Below are positions 8,590 through 17,047 of a DNA stretch of 64,000 nt, piece by piece (the stretch's first letter is position 1; each line of letters opens with the position of its first letter). The notes below the pieces were generated by a model that was given only the letters and a program-made list of their open reading frames with translations, had not been told where the DNA came from and searched no databases. The stretch is from Bdellovibrionota bacterium (GTDB lineage: Bacteria > Bdellovibrionota > UBA1018 > CAIPTA01 > JAALKR01), in the NCBI GenBank assembly GCA_965207455.1, contig CBDBMJ010000001.1, positions 1,056,001 through 1,120,000 on the forward strand, written 5' to 3'. A program made the translations under genes and the position numbers.

Positions 8590-11112
8590 ATGAGTGAAAT
8601 ACAAAGTTCCATAAAAGTATACGAGTTAGCCAAAGAATTAGGCATGGATTCCATTGGCTTACTGGACACACTTAAGCAAATAGACATAAAGGTGAAAAGC
8701 CACATGAGCAGTCTCAAGGTAGAAGAAGCCCTGGCTGTGAAAAGTTTCTTCAAGGAATTGCAAACTCAGAAAAAAAAGAAAGTTACCAAACGAAAAAGAG
8801 CAAAAAAAACATCTGCCAAAGAATCTGCTGAAAAAGCCAGCACTACGGTAAAAAAAGTCATCAAACGAAAACCATTACCTGTAAGCCCTGTTGTAGAGGA
8901 AACAAAGCTCACGGAACTGGCACTGAAAACAGAAGCTGAAGATTTTGTAAAGGCTACAAAAGAACCCGAAACAACGAAGTCCAAACCAACAACAGAGGTT
9001 TCTAAAGGTATTTTCCAAGATGAGATGATGGACCAGTCTCTATCACAAAGAAAATTAAAAATTATTCAAGATGCTCCTCCCAAAGAAGAGCCACCACCTG
9101 ATCCAAATCAAATAGCAATGCCACCAACCACTCCTACTATTGCTGGTCGCTCCAGGGGCAAGGAAATGTTTAAACCCATAACATCTGTGCTCAGGAGAGG
9201 TGAGACTCCACGGAAAAAAACCAGTACTTTAACCGGACGAGGGAAAGAACAAGTCAAGGTTGCTGACTTTCACAAACGAGAGATAATTTTTCAGCCCAAG
9301 CGAAGAAAGCTTCCACCAGGAAAACAAGTGAGAAAAACACAAATCACTGTGCCGAGTGAAAGCAAGCGAAAGATTAAAGTGGAAGGAAGTATCAATGTAA
9401 GTGAACTGGCAAGAGGTTTAAAAGAAAAACCAAAGTTTGTTTTAAGGAAAATAAAGGAACTGGGTTTAGATGAAGCAAACCTAGATTATGTGCTGGATAT
9501 AGATACGGCCAGCTTGGTAGCCACAGAGTTTAAATATGAAATTGAAAATATCACTTTTGACGAAACAAAATTCTTTGGAACTCCAAAAGATATGCAGCCT
9601 CGTCCCCCCGTGGTTACAATTATGGGTCACGTGGATCATGGTAAAACAACTCTCCTAGATACTATTCGCAACACCTCTGTAACGAGCAGCGAAGCAGGAG
9701 GCATTACCCAACATATTGGTGCCTACTCCGTTACTTTGGGGAAAGATACCATTACATTTTTAGATACCCCGGGACATGAAGCCTTCAAAACAATGCGACA
9801 ACGGGGAGCCAATGCCACGGACATTGTGGTGCTCGTGGTGGCCGCAGATGATGGAATCATGCCACAAACAGTGGAAGCCATTAAACATGCACAAAATGCC
9901 AGTGTATCCATTGTTGTAGCAGCCAATAAAATGGACAAGCCAGAGGCGAATCTGGAAAAGTTAAAACAAAACCTATCTGAAAATAACCTTCTCGTGGAGG
10001 ACTGGGGTGGAGAAATACCCCTTGTGCCCATCAGTGCTGTGAAAAAAACAGGCATAAAAGAACTTTTAGAAACCATCAGTCTACAAGCAGAAATTCTGGA
10101 ACTCAAATCGGACCCCAAATGTCTTGTCCGGGGAGCCATCCTGGAATCTAAAATGCAAAAGGGGCTGGGTATTGTGAGCGACCTCTTAGTTCAACAGGGC
10201 ACCTTAACGTCTGGAAGCTATGTGGTGGTTGGAAACTACTGGGGACGAATCCGAACCATGATCAACGATCAGGGGAAATCTGTAAAGGAAGCAAAACCAG
10301 GCTACCCCGTACAAGTCACAGGTATCAATGGAGTGCCCGAAGCGGGAGATGTTCTATATGAAGTGGCGTCAGAGTCCGATGCTCGAAAAATCACAGATTA
10401 TCGAAAAGAGCAAAAGCGACAGGATATGGAGAAAAAATCCCAAAAGCAAGTACTTTCCTTAGAAGAAATTTTTGCAAAAAAGGAAGAAAAAGAAAGCAAG
10501 AAGCATTTAAATGTAATGCTAAAAGCGGACGTATATGGATCCATAGAGGCGATTCAAGAATCCATAGATGCCCTGCCAAAAGATAAGGTGCAGTCCAATA
10601 TTATCTCCACTGGAATAGGAGATGTGAATGAACAAGATGTAATGCTAGCCAAATCCTCCAATGCTAAAATCTTTACTTTTAATGTGAAAACCGGCGGTAG
10701 CGTGCGTACAGCTGCAAAACAGGAATCCATCTCCTTAAAATCCTACCGTATTATTTATGAACTCTTAGACGGGGTTAAGGAATCCATGGAGGATCTCTTG
10801 GATCCAATCCGCCACGAAACCACTATTGGAAAAGCACAGGTGAAGCAAGCCTTTAACATATCTAAATTAGGTACTATTGCGGGAAGCATCGTCCAAGACG
10901 GAAAAATCCAACGTAATGCTTATGCACGAGTCTACCGGGGTGAGGAATTAGTTTGTGAAGGCAATATTACTTCCATAAAGCGATTTAAAGACGAAGCCAA
11001 GGAAGTTACAAAAGGTCAGGAATGTGGAATTGATATTGAAAACTATACTGATATTAAAGAAAACGACCTTGTGGAAGCCTTGACCATAAAATATGAAAAG
11101 GCGAGGCTCTAA
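8590..11112 (+). CDS. infB: Translation initiation factor IF-2
   Basis: KVYELAKEL, RPPVVTIMGHVDHGKTTLLD, DTPGHEAF, NKMD, KRFKDEAKEV. Confidence 0.98.
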   Translation: MSEIQSSIKVYELAKELGMDSIGLLDTLKQIDIKVKSHMSSLKVEEALAVKSFFKELQTQKKKKVTKRKRAKKTSAKESAEKASTTVKKVIKRKPLPVSPVVEETKLTELALKTEAEDFVKATKEPETTKSKPTTEVSKGIFQDEMMDQSLSQRKLKIIQDAPPKEEPPPDPNQIAMPPTTPTIAGRSRGKEMFKPITSVLRRGETPRKKTSTLTGRGKEQVKVADFHKREIIFQPKRRKLPPGKQVRKTQITVPSESKRKIKVEGSINVSELARGLKEKPKFVLRKIKELGLDEANLDYVLDIDTASLVATEFKYEIENITFDETKFFGTPKDMQPRPPVVTIMGHVDHGKTTLLDTIRNTSVTSSEAGGITQHIGAYSVTLGKDTITFLDTPGHEAFKTMRQRGANATDIVVLVVAADDGIMPQTVEAIKHAQNASVSIVVAANKMDKPEANLEKLKQNLSENNLLVEDWGGEIPLVPISAVKKTGIKELLETISLQAEILELKSDPKCLVRGAILESKMQKGLGIVSDLLVQQGTLTSGSYVVVGNYWGRIRTMINDQGKSVKEAKPGYPVQVTGINGVPEAGDVLYEVASESDARKITDYRKEQKRQDMEKKSQKQVLSLEEIFAKKEEKESKKHLNVMLKADVYGSIEAIQESIDALPKDKVQSNIISTGIGDVNEQDVMLAKSSNAKIFTFNVKTGGSVRTAAKQESISLKSYRIIYELLDGVKESMEDLLDPIRHETTIGKAQVKQAFNISKLGTIAGSIVQDGKIQRNAYARVYRGEELVCEGNITSIKRFKDEAKEVTKGQECGIDIENYTDIKENDLVEALTIKYEKARL

Positions 11113-11516
11113 TGCTATCCGGACCTAGCATCAGAACAAAAAAAGTGACCAGTCTCATACGAGAAAAGCTCTCTCGTATTCTTTTACGGGAAACCAACGA
11201 CCCTCGACTCATCAATGTGGGCATGATCACCATTTCTAGTATTGATCTAGCCCCAGACCATAGAAATGCCACCATCTATGTGTCCTTTATGAATACCAAT
11301 CCGGAAACCATAGAGGGACGACATGCCCTAAAAGCCCTAAACGCTGCCAGCGGCTTTCTTCAATACTCCTTGAAAAAAACCATCCATTTAAAGAATATTC
11401 CCCAACTTATTTTCCGCTACGACGCAAGCTTTAACGAAGCTGCCAAAATAAACGATCTACTAGACCAAGCCCTTGGAGGAAATAGAGATGAACACCTCAG
11501 GAATACTCCTAGTTGA
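11112..11516 (+). CDS. rbfA: Ribosome-binding factor A
   Basis: DPRL, DLAPD..ATIYVS, PQLIFRYD. Follows infB. Confidence 0.9.
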   Translation: MLSGPSIRTKKVTSLIREKLSRILLRETNDPRLINVGMITISSIDLAPDHRNATIYVSFMNTNPETIEGRHALKALNAASGFLQYSLKKTIHLKNIPQLIFRYDASFNEAAKINDLLDQALGGNRDEHLRNTPS

Positions 11517-12366
11517 TAAACCTGAAGGCATAAGTTCAGCATCTGTTATATCAAAAATTCAAAAAAAGTTTCAGCTTCCTAAAATAGGTCATGGAGGCAC
11601 ACTGGACCCCTTTGCCACAGGCCTACTTATTGCTCTCATCGGAGAAGCCACAAAAATCTCTCGTTTTCTTCTCCAGGGAAATAAAACATATGAGGCAAGT
11701 GCCTTTATTGGGCAAGCCACCAATACAGGAGATAAAGATGGAGAGCCAACCATCCACAGTTCCTCCCCATACCCAAGCTTAAAAAATTGGGAGCAAACAC
11801 TTCCACTGGGAACATTCCAGCAAATCCCCCCGGACTACTCCTCAGTGAAAGTAAAGGGGATGGCCCTGTATAAATATGCAAGAGAAAATAAACCCATACC
11901 TCCCAAGCCCTTAAAAACCGTTACCATCCATGCGCTCAATATCCTAAAATCCGAGCCACCTCTCTTGAAATTTATGGTGACCAGTAGTGGGGGCACCTAT
12001 ATTCGCACACTGGCTGAGGACTGGGCAAAGGCAAATAAAACTCAGGCGCATTTGGTAGAACTCCGTCGTACCCAATCTTCCCACTTCTCCATACAAAATT
12101 CCCATAGCCTAGAATGGCTGTTAAATAGTAAAACCCTGCCTCCTCTAATTCCCCTAGAGGCTGCCATGCCTCAAATCTCCCAAGTATCTTGCCCTTCAGA
12201 GTTCGCTCCTAAGATCACCTCTGGAAATAAAGAATTTTTAAAAGAGTTTTTATCCCATGTCCAACCCAAACCTGAATATTTACTCATTCAAGGAGAAAAG
12301 AAGAGCCTAGCTTTAGTGAAAAAAAATATACACGGCAACTACACCATAGAACGTGTATTTCTATAA
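11488..12366 (+). CDS. truB: tRNA pseudouridine(55) synthase TruB
   Basis: GILLVDKPEG, KIGHGGTLDPFATGLL, SGGTYIRTLAED. ATG 11488 with SD GGAGG. Confidence 0.95.
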   Translation: MNTSGILLVDKPEGISSASVISKIQKKFQLPKIGHGGTLDPFATGLLIALIGEATKISRFLLQGNKTYEASAFIGQATNTGDKDGEPTIHSSSPYPSLKNWEQTLPLGTFQQIPPDYSSVKVKGMALYKYARENKPIPPKPLKTVTIHALNILKSEPPLLKFMVTSSGGTYIRTLAEDWAKANKTQAHLVELRRTQSSHFSIQNSHSLEWLLNSKTLPPLIPLEAAMPQISQVSCPSEFAPKITSGNKEFLKEFLSHVQPKPEYLLIQGEKKSLALVKKNIHGNYTIERVFL

Positions 12367-12374
12367 CTCTTTGT

Positions 12375-12403
12375 TTGACCTATGAGAACTCCCTAAATAC
12401 AAT
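12375..12403 (+). promoter_or_regulatory. Sigma70 promoter ending 6 nt before ATG 12410 (leaderless candidate)
   Basis: TTGACC-17-TACAAT-AATGCT-ATG, with no SD. Confidence 0.6.
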
Positions 12404-12409
12404 AATGCT

Positions 12410-14671
12410 ATGGGGAGATTAAAAACACAAAGGGGTCAGGCCTCTATTTTCATGGCTGTATTTATCTCCACCATGATCCTTCTATTTGCCTTCACTACCA
12501 ATATTGGGATGTTAGTGCACGCAAAGATTAACCTACAAAATGCAGCCGACGCAGCAGCCTTTGCTGGTGCTTCTGTACAAGCCCGTCAACTCACTAGCAT
12601 TGCCTACCTAAACTGGGAAATGAGACGAGCACTAAAGCAATTCCTATTTAACTGGGTTGTGAGAGGCAATCAATCTCAAACCTGCTTTCCTGACAGTGGC
12701 TCCGGTAGAGTACGAAGCAGCCCAAATGTAATAGCACAATGTCTAAACATAACGGGCGAAACTGAAAAAAAATATCAGTTTCGTATTATAAAGCCTACAG
12801 CAGACAAGAGTGTTTCAGAGCTAGCACACCCACAGGGTTATGGATACCTTCCCACCAGTTGCGTACTCTTTGATATAGACTTGGTTAATCAGAATAACTA
12901 TTGTCAAATCAGCAAGGTGGCTGGTATTCCTCGGCTTGGAAGCGTTGCTGGAAATATTTTCTTTTCTGCGCCATTGATGGACGCTGTACGTGACAATGCA
13001 AACGAAATTATTGCAAAAAAAAAGAAAGACTGTGAAAGTAGAGCACATGTAAACACTTATTTCTTAATGCTCTGGCTTTTAAACCTTAATCAATCCGTAG
13101 ATCCTCTTACAGCCGATGAAGACGATAAACGACCTGACACCTATTCAGTTGCCTTTTTCGAACGAAAAACCCTGGATTCACTGGGCGTACTTCCTCGACA
13201 AGCTATTCTAAGAGCTCGTATTGAGAATTTAGCAAAAACCATTAATATGAAACTAGAAACTGAAAATCTAGGTTCTTCACCCAGTTCTAGTGTTGATGAT
13301 CAAAAAATAAACACCCTCATAAATGATGACTCCAAGGAAAAAGACTTCTCCTATTTTGAACGCCCCATTCAGGCTTACCTAAGCGCAAGAAATAATTTAC
13401 CCACTCTGGAACACAATGGAATTTTCTCCAATATTACCCTAACAGAACTCTTACCCAGTTCATCTATAAATCCTCTAATAAAGCTAGATGATATAACAAG
13501 AAATGTGGTGGTATCCACAGCCATATTTCAAGCTGAGGGCGATGCTGGAAAATGCTCTCAGTTTCGAATGCCCTTTCGTATTCCTAAATTTCTTCTTGGT
13601 GTGAGCAAAGACCCCAAAGTTCTCACCTATTATGCTGTAAGGCTGCAAGCAACTGCGCGCCTATTATTTTCTCCTTTTGGATTAGACGGAAGTGTGACCC
13701 TAAGTGCATTCTCAGCAGCCAAGCCATTTGGTAGTCGTATTGGTCCAAACATCAACTATAACGAATCCATAGCGTACGGAGCAACCCATGAGGATGATGT
13801 TATGACTGGAGAATTCAGAAAAAAACACCAATTTTTAAATCCTCTTGTCTCCACCTTTGATACCAAATCCGGTGATAATGGCTTTTCCAGTAACGGACAC
13901 CTGGGATACCTAAGAGGTGCTATTATTAAGACAGGCTGGAAAAATGCGTACTACCTTGCAGGAGCCTATGCTCCATGGGAAGTTGGAAACTATACCGTTC
14001 CTGCTAATTTTGAAGGATTAAGTTTTTTCGCCAATAACCCAATTTATGAAAAGAAAAAACGATTTATCTTAAGAGCTCCTCTCTACCCTATCGATCAGAA
14101 CGATGGAACTATTAATTTTTTAGCTTCCCGTATAAATGAGATGTTTTCTACTGAGGGTCTCCCATTAGAGACTTTTGCCGATATTGGTTTGCAAGAACAG
14201 TTCCAAAAAGAGGGCGAAAAAAAAAGAGTACAAATACTCGCAGATGTAAATTTAGGGAAACTACAAAACTTTCTTGTATTAACTGGACAGGATATGAATC
14301 ATCATATGCCAGACCCTCTCCTTCTTAATTATGATAAAATACAGACATATGTCCAAAACTCTGTAAGGGGAAAAGACTATTCCGTGGCTGCACGTGAATC
14401 TAAGGAAGCCAAAAGACTACAACTAACCTCTTGGAACACAGTCAAAAGCTCCACCAACGATGAGGCACAAGACACAGAAATTGGTCCCAATATAGGTCGA
14501 AGTGGCTACTCAGTACGCTTTATCAGCTTCCCCACCCTGTTAAAGAGTGGCAAAGGCGGTAATGAGCCAAACTATGATAATACCAGCTACAGTGGACCTT
14601 TAGAAGGAGTGTCTCCCAGCAACCCTGAGGCTCAAGGTACTGTACAGATACTTCCAAAACTAAAGCATTAG
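12410..14671 (+). CDS. TadG-like / Tad-domain pseudopilin with large C-terminal region
   Basis: Prepilin-like RGQ cleavage site, hydrophobic helix and LQNAADAAAFAGA Tad motif. Confidence 0.75.
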   Translation: MGRLKTQRGQASIFMAVFISTMILLFAFTTNIGMLVHAKINLQNAADAAAFAGASVQARQLTSIAYLNWEMRRALKQFLFNWVVRGNQSQTCFPDSGSGRVRSSPNVIAQCLNITGETEKKYQFRIIKPTADKSVSELAHPQGYGYLPTSCVLFDIDLVNQNNYCQISKVAGIPRLGSVAGNIFFSAPLMDAVRDNANEIIAKKKKDCESRAHVNTYFLMLWLLNLNQSVDPLTADEDDKRPDTYSVAFFERKTLDSLGVLPRQAILRARIENLAKTINMKLETENLGSSPSSSVDDQKINTLINDDSKEKDFSYFERPIQAYLSARNNLPTLEHNGIFSNITLTELLPSSSINPLIKLDDITRNVVVSTAIFQAEGDAGKCSQFRMPFRIPKFLLGVSKDPKVLTYYAVRLQATARLLFSPFGLDGSVTLSAFSAAKPFGSRIGPNINYNESIAYGATHEDDVMTGEFRKKHQFLNPLVSTFDTKSGDNGFSSNGHLGYLRGAIIKTGWKNAYYLAGAYAPWEVGNYTVPANFEGLSFFANNPIYEKKKRFILRAPLYPIDQNDGTINFLASRINEMFSTEGLPLETFADIGLQEQFQKEGEKKRVQILADVNLGKLQNFLVLTGQDMNHHMPDPLLLNYDKIQTYVQNSVRGKDYSVAARESKEAKRLQLTSWNTVKSSTNDEAQDTEIGPNIGRSGYSVRFISFPTLLKSGKGGNEPNYDNTSYSGPLEGVSPSNPEAQGTVQILPKLKH

Positions 14672-14686
14672 AATAGTCTCCTAAAT

Positions 14687-15680
14687 TATGATTATTACCT
14701 TAGACACCCCAGCTCCTCCGCTGGGGTTGGGCTTTTAAGAATTCCAGCAGTTAAAAGCCTGTCAAATGCCTCTTCTGGCCAAAATCTCCGGTTAAAGCGA
14801 ATATGTGAATTCAGCAACATAGTTCTTACGATAAGAGGGGAAAACGCCATGGTGGGTAGAGAGCAGGTATCGCTTTAGGTTGGATGTCACTATATTTATC
14901 CATCTTAGATGCCTGTGAGCAAGGTTAGGGTTTCTCATGGCAACCACACGCTGATGGCTATAATTATTCCTATATGCAGCTAGCTGGTAAGTGCCCATTC
15001 CATCGGTCTTTAATGTAGTTCCTTTTGGAATATGCTTCTCAATTGCAGGACCCAGGTCTTTGTTTAGGGATGGTATTTCCTCAGCGATAAGGAACTTTGG
15101 ATTTCCCCTTTCATCCTCTTCCAAAGCTATGAAAAAGGCAGTCTTATTGCTCCCTTTTTTTCTTTCTTCCCTAGTTTGTTTACCACCGATAAATATTTCA
15201 TCCGCACTGATAGTATTCTTTATGCTCCAGCCACTATCTCGATGAGCCATAGCTGCTTGAAGTTTTCTGCGCATAAGCCATGTTGTTTTATAACTAATCT
15301 TTAACTGCTGAGATAAATACAGCGTAGATGCTGCTTTCTTCGAACTAGCTATAAGATATATCATCCAGAACCACTTTTTTAGAGGTACACGAGTTTTATG
15401 AAATATGGTGCCAGATATAAGTGATGTCCTTTTATTGCAGCTATAGCAGGTGAAATTTTTCTCCGAGGGGCGAAAGCAATGCCTTTTGCCCCCACAATGA
15501 GGGCACTGGAAGCCATCCGACCACCTCAATTTCTCTAGGTATTTACGACATGCCTTCTCTGTGCGAAATCTGTGTTGAAATTCAAATAAGCTCAGCTTCT
15601 TATAATTCTTCTTCATAGTTACTTCCTCCATAAATTCAGGCTATTACACGAAAATCAGGGTGTCAAGGTATATAATCATA
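14687..15680 (-). mobile_element. IS1595-family insertion sequence (994 bp) with 8-bp target duplication
   Basis: Terminal IRs TATGATTATTACCTTAGACACCC and (rc) TATGATTATATACCTTGACACCC. TCCTAAAT duplicated at 14679-14686 and 15681-15688. Confidence 0.9.
14696..15616 (-). pseudogene. IS1595 transposase with a 1-nt insertion near the 3' end
   Basis: Zn ribbon CPHC...CYSC, GTIFHKT, ADEIFIGG, TDG. ORF stops at 14792 (EFTYSL*), and removing one base at 14800-14801 restores EFTYRFNRR...LGCLR*. Confidence 0.85.
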
Positions 15681-15867
15681 TCCTAAATAACTGTTTTTAC
15701 TGAATTTTTTATTTTTTGCCTTTTCTATAAAAAACCAAGTACAAATAAAAATGCAATATTTCTTATATTCTTTATTGAAAATCTTTGAGCTTCATGGAAT
15801 ATTTATATGGAGTGTTTATTGCAAATTCCACCTAAAAAAAGAAGAGTGTTATCAATAGGAGAGAACT

Positions 15868-16548
15868 ATGAAAAGCAAAAAAAAGGCAAAGAAAACAGCT
15901 AAGAAGACCACCAAGAAAGTAAGAAGAACTGCTAAAAAGGCAAAGAAAACTACTAAGAAAGTCACCAGGAAAGCTGCCAAGAAGGTGAGAAAGACTGCTA
16001 AAAAGGCAAAGAAAACTACTAAGAAAGTCACCAGGAAAGCTGCCAAGAAGGTGAGAAAGACTGCTAAAAAGGCAAAGAAAACTACTAAGAAAGCTACCAA
16101 GAAAACAGCTAAGAAGGTCACCAAAAAAACTGCTAAAAAAGCCACTAAGAAAACAGCTAAGAAGGTCACCAAAAAAACTGCTAAAAAAGCCACTAAGAAA
16201 ACAGCTAAGAAGGTCACCAAAAAAACTGCTAAGAAAGTGACCAAGAAAACAATCAAGAGAGCAGCTAAAAAAGCCTCCCTACAAAGTTCCCTATTTTCAG
16301 AGACCCTAGAGGAAAACACCACTCCCAGTGCCTCTCTTTTCCGCTCCACAGACCCCCGGACTAGTCAAAGTGATTCGTCCTCAGAGGAAGAAAGAACGGA
16401 AAGCCTAGAAGATCTCTCAAAAAGGGAGGAAGAAGGAGCATGGCCATCCAGTACCCCCCATGATAGTAATAATGATGAGGACTGGACTCTTGGAGAAAAA
16501 GATGATATAGGCTTAGATAAACCAATTGAGGAAGAAGAGGAGGACTAG
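15868..16548 (+). CDS. Histone H1-like (Hc2/AlgP-type) Lys/Ala/Thr repeat protein with acidic tail
   Basis: About 135 aa of AKKT/VTKK repeats followed by a Ser/Glu/Asp-rich tail ending EEEEED. SD AGGAG. Confidence 0.8.
   Translation: MKSKKKAKKTAKKTTKKVRRTAKKAKKTTKKVTRKAAKKVRKTAKKAKKTTKKVTRKAAKKVRKTAKKAKKTTKKATKKTAKKVTKKTAKKATKKTAKKVTKKTAKKATKKTAKKVTKKTAKKVTKKTIKRAAKKASLQSSLFSETLEENTTPSASLFRSTDPRTSQSDSSSEEERTESLEDLSKREEEGAWPSSTPHDSNNDEDWTLGEKDDIGLDKPIEEEEED
15928..16236 (+). repeat. Coding tandem repeats: 66 bp x ~2.5 then 48 bp x ~3
   Basis: TAKKAKKTTKKVTRKAAKKVRK and ATKKTAKKVTKKTAKK units, near-identical at DNA level. Confidence 0.85.
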
Positions 16549-16569
16549 CCCCCTCTAATATAAAAAAAT

Positions 16570-16851
16570 ATGGCAAATCACAAATCAGCAATCAAAAGAA
16601 ACCGACAATCCATAAAGCGCAATCTGCGCAATAAATCACTGCGTACCACTGTCAAGAATGCTGTACAGACTCTGCGTGAGGTTCTACACCCAACAAAGAA
16701 AAAGAAAGCTACTCCTCAGGCTGCCAGCGCCGCAGAACTCATGGTTAAGACCACCTCAGCTCTAGCTAAGGCTGCCCGTAAAGGCACCATTCACCGCAAA
16801 AAGGCTGCACGCTTAACCTCTCGCCTCCAGAAGGCTGTAAACCAAGCTTAA
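16570..16851 (+). CDS. rpsT: 30S ribosomal protein S20
   Basis: MANHKSAIKRNRQS...IHRKKAARLTSRL. Confidence 0.96.
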   Translation: MANHKSAIKRNRQSIKRNLRNKSLRTTVKNAVQTLREVLHPTKKKKATPQAASAAELMVKTTSALAKAARKGTIHRKKAARLTSRLQKAVNQA

Positions 16852-17047
16852 AAACCTTAATAATATTAGGCATCTAAAAGCTCCATCCTATTTTTTCGAA
16901 AATAAGATCGTGTGTAGCGTGTATTTCCACCACTACTCTCCTTGATTTTAACGCAGTTTGACAAAAATAGCTCGTAAAGTGTATAATTATAGTAAGGTTT
17001 TCTTTCAGAACACCCGATATAGTCTTTAAGGATAGGTAAAAATATAT

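Noticed and set aside
15852..16349. 165-aa hydrophobic FLAV-repeat ORF on the minus strand
   Set aside because: Antisense shadow of the lysine-rich repeat gene. The plus strand has the SD and matches rpsT orientation.
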